In this document: one piece after another, positions 29,566-37,652 of the stretch
Numbering within the stretch: position 1 is the stretch's first letter
Layout: each line of letters opens with the position of its first letter
Virus record (IMG/VR): IMGVR_UViG_3300011560_000001
Span: 32,001 to 96,000 of that record
Strand: one strand, 5' to 3'
DNA: 64,000 bases
Source of the DNA: a virus
Lineage: Duplodnaviria; Caudoviricetes
The notes under the pieces: model-generated
The model's input: the letters and a program-made list of their open reading frames with translations, nothing else
The model's database searches: none
What the model was told of the DNA's origin: nothing
Position numbers and translations under genes: made by a program

Positions 29566-32169
29566 ATGGCAATGAAAAAGTTCAGCGAACTGGTGAGTAG
29601 CGTTAATACGCGTATCGCTAGTCGCGACAACCCAACGGGACTAAAAGCGAGTGATCTTGGGGCCTACAGTACCGCTGAGTTCAACACCGAGATGGAAAAA
29701 TACATCGATATCAGCGTAACCGATATCGAACAGGTTGGGGACCAAAGTTATTTTCCTCTGGCAATTGAAGGCTCCGCCGATGGTGCTATCTCCCTAAACG
29801 ACAAATACCGTCGTTACGGCGTATGTCGTGAATCGGACGGTACCATCGTGTTATTGCGTTCAGCAACGAACAGCGTAAAGAAAGGGGTTTACTACGTTAT
29901 CTGTAAAACAGATCAAAACGGGCAAATCACCGAAGTTATCCCAACCAGTCGTCGTTATGAGCCCGCGACGCTCGATCGTATTCCTACGGTGATATACTGC
30001 CACCAGAACGGTATCATGTTAGGTCAAGCTGCTTTTGAAGACGGTAGCAGCCCTAAAATGTTTATCGCATTGACAGACGGAACGTTTGATGCATCCAAAC
30101 ACGTCGCCATGTATCTCGATGGTAGTCTTGCCAACTTTGTTGATACGTCACCGAATGTCTGCTGTTGGGAAATTAACGGTAAAATCTACATCGCTATTGC
30201 TGGCGCTAACAGTTATAAACTCTACTTAAATGTTTATACCGTAACTAAATCTTCCATCGGTCCCAGCGGTGGCAGCGTAGCGGCTACACAGCTTACGAAT
30301 ATTAGCGGTAGAACGATAGAAGGAACGGCGATAAGCAACAGCGCCGAGATGATTGTCTGCAACCGCATAACTGCGAACGATTTCCCTTCTGACGGGATCG
30401 GTCAAATCGTCTGGCGTGCTCAGATTCGTCTGCTCGCAGCAACCAAAGGCACTAAAGCACGCATTCTGATTGCTTCGGCGTGGTGGACGAACAACCGTAA
30501 CAACCGAGCTAAAAATGGGTTGCATCAGTTTTATCTGGATTTTGAAACCACCAACAACAGTTACAGCATGAACCCGGGCGCTGGACAATCGACTTACACG
30601 TCAACCAGCAGCGGTATTGACTGGATAGGACCTTCCAACACAACGGAGGGGACAAGCGCATATAACGATGGTTTCTGGCAATGGGGTTCGGGTAACGGTA
30701 CCGGGAATATCGAAATCAACGAACGTGGTCAGGTAGCCCTTATCCAAAACGACAACTTATCCGCCCCCCAAGCGAGATCGTACACCATCAAAGGTTTCTC
30801 TGGAAACGTGTTCGACGAACTCGCCAAACTCGGCCCGACCGGTGGAAGACAGTACGATTCAAACTGGAAAAGCGTCGGGGATCGCGTCGTTGGTGCGCTC
30901 GCGTCCCATGGTTACCTGGGTTTCTTTTCTAAAAACAAGGTTTTTGTTAACTCGCGTACGGCTGGCGGACAAGGTAATTTTGAGGCTCGTCTAGTGACCT
31001 ATGACTGGAACCTCAATTACCATTATCAGGGCGAGGGTATTAATGTTTACGGTTTTCCGCCTTCCAACAATGTGGTGGTTAGAACAGGTCAAACAGCGTT
31101 ACCTTTCCTAACCGTGCATTTAAGCGATGACAATACGGTGGTTAGCGGGTCTTATTTAACCGATGCGGTCCTAACAAGCAAAATCGGTTACGACGCAACC
31201 AAACTTGCACCATCCGGTGAAGCCATCAGCATAACCGCAGCGAATCTGCAGGCAGGCGGTCAGCTTGTGTGGAACGCATATACAGGATCTAAGTTATCAG
31301 GGGTAAGTCAATGGCGACATGCGTTAGCAGTGCCTCCAGATGGTACAAACGCGCCCTGTATCCTGTTTGTTGCTGGCTGTAATACCAGCACACGCGTACA
31401 TGGACGAATCGCTGCAGAGGTTACCGTATCCGCGCGTAAAGGTTCGATTACGGTGACGGGCGTAACCAAATTGCTGGGTTATGTCGAAGAACCCGATTCA
31501 ACAAATATCGGTAGTCAGGATGCTGCCTGGGGTGTATTAGCTTACAAGAAGGTGAGTGATGGATGGCTTGTTGCGGGACATGTTCCGTACTCCCGTCAGT
31601 CTGCAGGGAACCAGAACACATATCAGTTCCGAGCTGGGCGACAAAACGATGGGAACTGGACAACCATCGCATTTGAAGGTATGTATGCTTACCTACAGAC
31701 AAGCGGCTATCGCTGGAACGTACATCCGGTGTGGGGAATCGGTTATGTTGATACCGCCGTCTCTACGGTGATGGGTAATGGCGGGCAGGTCTTTAACGCT
31801 GTCGGTAATTCCGTTGCGGAATATACAGCCCTCGCTGTTAAAAATCGTTATATGGTTTCTACGGTCGTTGCCGCTTCCGGCTACGATATCTACGTCAACG
31901 AAGATATCACCTGCTTGTTTGCCGGTAAAGTCATGACCCTACCTAAAGGCCATTATAACCTAAAAGACTATAATAGCTCACCAGGTAATAAAACATGGTA
32001 CGTTTCCGTTGTTCCTAACGGTAACCAGTTAGAGCTGGAATTAACCATCCACAAGCAAGAGGATGATAAAGGACAGCGCGTTAATATCGGAACGATTACA
32101 ACCAGCGATACCCAGATCTCTGTCATCAATCTCAATAAGACAACCAAATTAGGTACAGTCACGTTATAA
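29566..32169 (+). CDS. large tail-fibre or receptor-binding protein
   Basis: 867 aa, beta-rich G/S/T/N composition; N-terminal RDNPTGLKASDLGA. Confidence 0.7.
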   Translation: MAMKKFSELVSSVNTRIASRDNPTGLKASDLGAYSTAEFNTEMEKYIDISVTDIEQVGDQSYFPLAIEGSADGAISLNDKYRRYGVCRESDGTIVLLRSATNSVKKGVYYVICKTDQNGQITEVIPTSRRYEPATLDRIPTVIYCHQNGIMLGQAAFEDGSSPKMFIALTDGTFDASKHVAMYLDGSLANFVDTSPNVCCWEINGKIYIAIAGANSYKLYLNVYTVTKSSIGPSGGSVAATQLTNISGRTIEGTAISNSAEMIVCNRITANDFPSDGIGQIVWRAQIRLLAATKGTKARILIASAWWTNNRNNRAKNGLHQFYLDFETTNNSYSMNPGAGQSTYTSTSSGIDWIGPSNTTEGTSAYNDGFWQWGSGNGTGNIEINERGQVALIQNDNLSAPQARSYTIKGFSGNVFDELAKLGPTGGRQYDSNWKSVGDRVVGALASHGYLGFFSKNKVFVNSRTAGGQGNFEARLVTYDWNLNYHYQGEGINVYGFPPSNNVVVRTGQTALPFLTVHLSDDNTVVSGSYLTDAVLTSKIGYDATKLAPSGEAISITAANLQAGGQLVWNAYTGSKLSGVSQWRHALAVPPDGTNAPCILFVAGCNTSTRVHGRIAAEVTVSARKGSITVTGVTKLLGYVEEPDSTNIGSQDAAWGVLAYKKVSDGWLVAGHVPYSRQSAGNQNTYQFRAGRQNDGNWTTIAFEGMYAYLQTSGYRWNVHPVWGIGYVDTAVSTVMGNGGQVFNAVGNSVAEYTALAVKNRYMVSTVVAASGYDIYVNEDITCLFAGKVMTLPKGHYNLKDYNSSPGNKTWYVSVVPNGNQLELELTIHKQEDDKGQRVNIGTITTSDTQISVINLNKTTKLGTVTL

Positions 32170-32182
32170 GGACCTCCAGGTT

Positions 32183-34231
32183 ATGTCAACACCAATTACC
32201 CTGAAGTACCCCGAGGACTGGACCGGCACGCTCGATAGCAACCACATCGTTGGTGAAGAGCATACCGTTCCACGAACCGAGAATAAATGTTACGCCCTCG
32301 ATGGCGGACCGTTCTTCACCGAAAGTCTGGTTATCACCGAAAAGCTTACCGGTAAGACACTGGTGCGAGGTGTGGATTATAAGCCCATCTTCTTGTATCA
32401 GGACGCTACGCTTTACGCTGGTAAAGAAATCTGTGCAGCCATCGCCATCATCAACGATGATATCGAGGGTACATTAGTTAACGACTATCGTATCATCGGT
32501 GGTGTTTACGTAAGTCTTATTGACGCGTTATATCAGGCTATCGAAGAACTCAAACTTGACGATCGTCCGATCAACTGGGATGACATCAAGAACAAACCGG
32601 AACTTTATCCGCCTGAACCACACATCCACCACGTTAGCGCGATTTACGGTACCGAACATCTTTGCTTAGCGATCTATTCGTTAAAAGCCGCAATACTTAT
32701 CGGTGATGCTGCGTCCGATAACCGTCTCTGGGCGGCAATCGATCAGTTACGCAAAGACATGCAAGCAGCGGATAAAGATCTAACCGATTTGCATTACGCG
32801 CATGCTAACCGTACCGATAACCCGCACGAAGTAACAAAAGCCCAAGTCGGACTAGGTAATGTACAGAACTATCCTACCGCCAACAAGGCGGAGGCAGAAG
32901 CCGGTACCGCACCAGACCGTTACATGACAGCACAAACGGTTGGATGGGCGATTGCTAAACTGGCGGGCGATCTGGTTAATGCTCACGCTAACCGTCGAGA
33001 TAACCCGCATAGCGTCACCAAAGCGCAGGTTAACCTCGGCAACGTTGATAACTTCCCGACAGCGTCGGACTCTGAAGCAAAAGCGGGTACAGCGAACAGC
33101 CGTTTCATGACGCCGCTACGCACCGTTGCAGCGATTGAACAGTTCGCATTGATTCCACTTAACGCGCATAAAACCGATTATAACAACCCACACAGAGTAA
33201 CCAAGGCACAGGTTGGGTTAGGGAATGTGCAAGACTATCCGATGGCTTCTGAAGAAGAAGCGCGTGCTGGTGTTGCAGCTAACCGATTAATGGCACCGAA
33301 CACAACCAAAGCGTCCATTGAGACCTTCGCGTTAGTTCCGCTTAATGCGCACATCGCCGACAAGAACAACCCACACCAAGTGTCTAAGGCACAAGTAGGG
33401 TTGGGAAGCGTTGAGAACTATCCAACCGCTAACCAAGCTGAAGCGCAAGGTGGTTCTGCAACTAACCGTTACATGACACCACAGTCTACCAACTGGGCAA
33501 TTCAGAAATTAGCGGGCGATCTGGTTAATGCTCACGCTAACCGTCGAGATAACCCTCACGCCGTTAACAAAGCCCAGGTGGGCTTAGGGAATGTTCAGAA
33601 CTACGGTATCGCTTCCGATGCGCAAGCGCAGCAAGATGTTAACACTGTGTATTCTACACCACGTAACGCCCGTCTCGCTGCAACACACATCATCGATACA
33701 CGCTTGTTCTGGGGTTCTTACAGCGGAAACAAACTGGTCTTCGTTGATGGTAATGGTGGTACGCGTTTAGGTAAACATGTCATCATCACGGAGAATGGGG
33801 GCGGTGAGATCACACGCTTCTATTGGGGGAACTCTGCCGGTGGTGGTAGTGCGCTGTACTTCAACAGCAACATCGATGTTCCTAACGCGTACATCCGTTC
33901 AGATGAGCGTAGTAAACACGACATCCGTTATCTGAAAGACCATCCGGAATCTTTCAGTGATCGTTTACGTGAAATGGCGTATACCGGACTTGCCCGTTTC
34001 CGTCACAACTACGATCCTGATGTCGAGAAGATCGGTGTTATCGCACAGCGTGTTCAAGAACAGTTCCCGGAAATGATCAACGTATCAGATAAAGGGCTGT
34101 TAAGTCTTGACACCATGGTGTATAGCGGGGTTCTGTTAGGTGGTTGGTATGAACACGACCAACAACTTCGTGCTCTGCGTGCAATGGTTGAAGAAATTGC
34201 ACATCACGTGAAAGGAACCAAGGGTATGTAA
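32183..34231 (+). CDS. tail fibre protein with five NPH repeats and a C-terminal intramolecular chaperone (peptidase S74-like)
   Basis: Repeats; RSDERSKHDI...IGVIAQRVQEQFPE..L + coiled coil. Confidence 0.85.
   Translation: MSTPITLKYPEDWTGTLDSNHIVGEEHTVPRTENKCYALDGGPFFTESLVITEKLTGKTLVRGVDYKPIFLYQDATLYAGKEICAAIAIINDDIEGTLVNDYRIIGGVYVSLIDALYQAIEELKLDDRPINWDDIKNKPELYPPEPHIHHVSAIYGTEHLCLAIYSLKAAILIGDAASDNRLWAAIDQLRKDMQAADKDLTDLHYAHANRTDNPHEVTKAQVGLGNVQNYPTANKAEAEAGTAPDRYMTAQTVGWAIAKLAGDLVNAHANRRDNPHSVTKAQVNLGNVDNFPTASDSEAKAGTANSRFMTPLRTVAAIEQFALIPLNAHKTDYNNPHRVTKAQVGLGNVQDYPMASEEEARAGVAANRLMAPNTTKASIETFALVPLNAHIADKNNPHQVSKAQVGLGSVENYPTANQAEAQGGSATNRYMTPQSTNWAIQKLAGDLVNAHANRRDNPHAVNKAQVGLGNVQNYGIASDAQAQQDVNTVYSTPRNARLAATHIIDTRLFWGSYSGNKLVFVDGNGGTRLGKHVIITENGGGEITRFYWGNSAGGGSALYFNSNIDVPNAYIRSDERSKHDIRYLKDHPESFSDRLREMAYTGLARFRHNYDPDVEKIGVIAQRVQEQFPEMINVSDKGLLSLDTMVYSGVLLGGWYEHDQQLRALRAMVEEIAHHVKGTKGM
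32963..33555 (+). repeat. exact 44-bp direct repeat (32963-33006 and 33512-33555)
   Basis: GCGGGCGATCTGGTTAATGCTCACGCTAACCGTCGAGATAACCC occurs twice, 549 bp apart. Confidence 0.9.
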
Positions 34232-34357
34232 TTCAGCGTTCTAGAACGCGTTGTAACGCTTCGAAAAGTTTAATCTAGGGTTTGCCTGGGTTAAATCGTT
34301 TATCGCGTTCTAGACCCTTCCTGTTCCTCTAAATCGTTATTTAAACGAGGAGTTCTA

Positions 34358-34993
34358 ATGGCTAAGATTACTGAGAAAGATTTCACGTGCGAATTTATCA
34401 TTCGCGATAAAACCAGCATCGAAGCAGGTTACGTCGACGATCCCGATGATTCGGGTGGAATCACGAACCACGGCATTACGAAAACACTCGCCGATCAATA
34501 CAAAACCACGCTGAAAACGAAATTCGGCTGGGACGGTAACATGCGTAACCTTACCACGGAAATGGCGTTCTTTATCTACAAGACCCACTTCTGGGATAAG
34601 ATGAAACTTGACGAAGTCATGAAACGTTCTGTGTTCTTAGCTGACCGTCTCTTTGACTTGGGTATCAATGCTGGCAAAACCGTTCCGGTTAAGAACCTCC
34701 AACGTTATCTGAACGTCATGAACAACCGACAAACGTACTGGAAAAATATCAACGCCGACGGTTTGATGGGACCTGCGACGTTAAGCGCGCTCGACGCTTA
34801 CATCGCTAAGCGTGGTGCAACCGGTAAGGATTATCTCATCGATGCGATGCTGGATATGCAGAGCACCTATTACATCGAATTAGCGGAACGTCGTGAGAAA
34901 GATGAGAAATTCATCTACGGTTGGCAGGCACGCAAACGTCGTGAACGTAAGCGTTATGAAGCGATCATCTTGAACGGGTTCAGTGTTGAGTAA
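34358..34993 (+). CDS. endolysin, glycoside hydrolase family 108 with C-terminal peptidoglycan-binding domain
   Basis: EAGYVDDPDDSGGITNHGIT, FDLGINAG, ADGLMGPATL, EKFIYGW. Confidence 0.9.
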   Translation: MAKITEKDFTCEFIIRDKTSIEAGYVDDPDDSGGITNHGITKTLADQYKTTLKTKFGWDGNMRNLTTEMAFFIYKTHFWDKMKLDEVMKRSVFLADRLFDLGINAGKTVPVKNLQRYLNVMNNRQTYWKNINADGLMGPATLSALDAYIAKRGATGKDYLIDAMLDMQSTYYIELAERREKDEKFIYGWQARKRRERKRYEAIILNGFSVE

Positions 34994-35056
34994 AACACCA
35001 TCATAAACCGTCCTAAAACGCTCCAGAACGAACGGAACGCATAAAGACGTATAAGA

Positions 35057-35089
35057 CCCCTCCTCAGCCCGATAAGGGCTGAGGAGGGG
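35057..35089. terminator. repeated hairpin element copy 6 (convergent junction)
   Basis: CCCCTCCTCAGCCC-GATAA-GGGCTGAGGAGGGG. Confidence 0.75.
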
Positions 35090-35288
35090 CTTAACATGTG
35101 TTTGTGTTTATTCAGGTTGGTCTGGGTCCCTGGCCGCTTGAGGAGATCCACAACCCTTTCAACACCACGCTTCATACGAAGCGTTCAATGAGAAAGATAA
35201 GCGTGCAACCACGCAGATTGTTACAACCAAATTGTAGAAGAGCAATAGCCGAGCTGTACAAAACCCATACTATTGCTCATTGCTTACA

Positions 35289-35819
35289 TTAGCCGCCGAT
35301 GGAGATGGTCGGTTTCTCGAAGCCTTCGGCAACGTTATTCGCCAGAACAGTAGCCAAGTCATCGCCTACCTGGATGTACTGCATCTTAACGACCAGCTGA
35401 CCGGTGTACACCAAACCACCCTCTTTTGCCTGGATGGTGATGGATTCCGGTTTGGACGATACGTCCATATCGCTAACAACGATATCATCCGCAGCAATAC
35501 CCAGTTTGAATGTGGTTGCGATGCTTGCGATAACATCGCCGGTGTTCACGGAAGTCCCGCTGGCGGTAAAGGTTACCTGATCCTGAACATCAGCGAATAC
35601 CGTGGTCAGGTCCAGACGGTTATAGAAGAAATCCTGTTGGCCAGACAGCGTCGGGGAATCTTCTACAGCAGACAGATGGATTTTGGTATTCTTTTCGTGT
35701 TCGGAAGATGTTTCAACAGCACCGAACTGCAGTTCGCCTTCTTCTAAAGTACGGGTTGCTTTAGTGTTAATCAGGTCCAACAGCAACGCTTTACTTTTCT
35801 TGCTAAAATCAAGAGCCAT
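35289..35819 (-). CDS. short gp131-like paralogue D (N-domain plus terminal peptide only); candidate fibre shaft subunit
   Basis: LLLDLIN, KNT, FYNRLDL, FKLGI..DDIV, LVYTGQL; ends LATVLANNVAEGFEKPTISIGG; optimal codon bias. Confidence 0.75.
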   Translation of the reverse strand: MALDFSKKSKALLLDLINTKATRTLEEGELQFGAVETSSEHEKNTKIHLSAVEDSPTLSGQQDFFYNRLDLTTVFADVQDQVTFTASGTSVNTGDVIASIATTFKLGIAADDIVVSDMDVSSKPESITIQAKEGGLVYTGQLVVKMQYIQVGDDLATVLANNVAEGFEKPTISIGG

Positions 35820-35959
35820 GTTTTATCCTCGTTTTTTCAGATGATCGAACAGGAGATTCGGAGTCGTTCTCCATAATATTCACATTTAATATAAAATATA
35901 TTGATTTCTGTAAATACTTACATCTTTTGAGAGTAATGTAACAACCATCGAGGAAGAAA

Positions 35960-36853
35960 ATGACAGCTCAAGTATCACTTACTTTAAAAACACCTTGGCA
36001 ACTTATCGTTGATGAGATCAACACACTCAACGCCGACACTGGTGCCAACTTCAAACCCACCGACCTTAAATACGTTCTTAAATCCAAAAGCGATTCTGCT
36101 CCAGATGCAACTTTAACGCTTAGCCCTGGTGAAGGTACTCCTTACTTCAATGACCGCGATGTTACCTACCATCGTCTGGATCTGGCTAAGTGGTTCCAGA
36201 AGATCGCCGTACGTGTTAACGTTAATAAAAACACCACCATCGGTGATGTGGTTGACCTTGTAGCTCAACGCTACGGTATGATCACACCTTCCGGTGAGAA
36301 GTTCCTGGATAAAACGAAAGACATCAAAGCCGATACGTTAAATACGCCGGTTACCTTTGAGCAGTCGGGTATCCAGACGATCACTTTGGAAGCCAAAGAA
36401 GATTCGCTGGCTTGGTATGGTTCCGTTGAAGTTAAAGTTTATAACACCACGCTGGATCTGGCTAACATCATCAAGGTTACCAACCTGGGTAACTTAACCT
36501 ACGTTGATGAAGGCGATGGCACCAAGACCTCAGCGCGTCTGTTAACCTATCCGTTAGACTTCAGTACCTACACCACAGGCCTACAGGCGATCATCAGTGA
36601 TGAAACCAAGATCGATGAAACCCTGGCAGGTAACCTGACCACGCTGATCAAAGAGCAGACGGGTGTAAGTGATGATATCATCAATGAACTGAAAACCAAT
36701 CTGCAAACAGCTACCTTTGTCTATAACGGTGCTACCACCGGGTCTACCGACAAGGGCGTTAACGCTACGTACAGCAATGTGCTAGTGGTGTCGTTAACCG
36801 ACGGTACCCACACCTACGGTAAAGCCGTATTCGGTTATAACGTTTCCGAATAA
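35960..36853 (+). CDS. gp131-like paralogue E
   Basis: YHRLDL, YGM, SLAWYGSV, LANIIKVTNLGNLTY, then a C-terminal domain ending FVYNG...FGYN. Confidence 0.75.
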   Translation: MTAQVSLTLKTPWQLIVDEINTLNADTGANFKPTDLKYVLKSKSDSAPDATLTLSPGEGTPYFNDRDVTYHRLDLAKWFQKIAVRVNVNKNTTIGDVVDLVAQRYGMITPSGEKFLDKTKDIKADTLNTPVTFEQSGIQTITLEAKEDSLAWYGSVEVKVYNTTLDLANIIKVTNLGNLTYVDEGDGTKTSARLLTYPLDFSTYTTGLQAIISDETKIDETLAGNLTTLIKEQTGVSDDIINELKTNLQTATFVYNGATTGSTDKGVNATYSNVLVVSLTDGTHTYGKAVFGYNVSE

Positions 36854-36864
36854 TTTAATCTCTC

Positions 36865-36896
36865 CCTTCCTCCTTCCCTGTTGGGTTGGAGGAAGG
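36865..36896 (+). terminator. repeated hairpin element copy 7
   Basis: CCTTCCTCC-TT-CCC-TGTT-GGG-TT-GGAGGAAGG followed by TTTATG. Confidence 0.75.
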
Positions 36897-36959
36897 TTTA
36901 TGTTTGTGTTTATTCTTCTCTTTATATTTTCTAATGATAAGATTAAGTACCTGGAGTAA

Positions 36960-37500
36960 AAGTTTACAGATGTTGTAAATGTATTTGGAAAGTAAAATTT
37001 CCACGACCTCGGCCCCTTCGGGGGACGGGGGAGGAGCGAAGTCCTTTAGAGACGAGCAACAGGATAACTCTAAGAAAAAGAAAAACTAAACGAGCGAAGC
37101 GAGTTTATGTTTTTATCCTTAGAGTTATCAAGCTATAAGCGTAGCGTTAGCGTATAACGGTTATGTCGTATACGAATGCAATGAGTATAGACGAGATACT
37201 CTGATGAACAACGTGAAGAAGAGTATCACAAATGGTTTTTTTTTGAGTTATCCAACTTATAAGCTTATTAACTTAGTTTAAATATACAAACAAGATAAAT
37301 AAAACAACTTAAACATACCAAGATAAAACGATTAAACCATTAAGACATAACCTAAGATAAACAAGATAACATAGACAATACACTTTTAACAAACACAGAT
37401 AACATCTTACTTAAATCAAAATACCTATTCTCGTTTACCTTCCTTGAAACACCTCTTCTAAATCCATCCCTTCTTAAAACAAAACCCTTGCTTTAATGCA
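36960..37500. other. origin-like non-coding region: hairpin cluster plus G-poor A/C-rich tract with AAGATAA repeats
   Basis: Longest ORF-free stretch in the window; hairpins with GCGAAGC, GCGTAGC and GA-tandem motifs. Confidence 0.5.
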
Positions 37501-37505
37501 AATCC

Positions 37506-37530
37506 TTTCACGACTATATTACCTTCATGA
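37506..37530 (+). promoter_or_regulatory. putative early promoter
   Basis: TTTCACGACTATATTACCTTCATGA. Confidence 0.75.
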
Positions 37531-37652
37531 TGCCATGCATCATGAACGCGACGCGTAAGCGTTACCTTCATGATGCATACGTACAATGTTCGTATTGCGT
37601 CAAATAGAAATCAATACGTTGTTTAATTAACGTGAAACAGAGGATCTTTTAG

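Noticed and set aside
26900-33620. Periodic repeats considered as a CRISPR array or DGR template/variable repeats
   Set aside because: They are protein-coding repeats varying at wobble positions. There is no adenine-specific variation and no cas or RT gene in the window.
35280-35747. 155-aa antisense ORF opposite paralogue D
   Set aside because: Same codon-bias shadow effect
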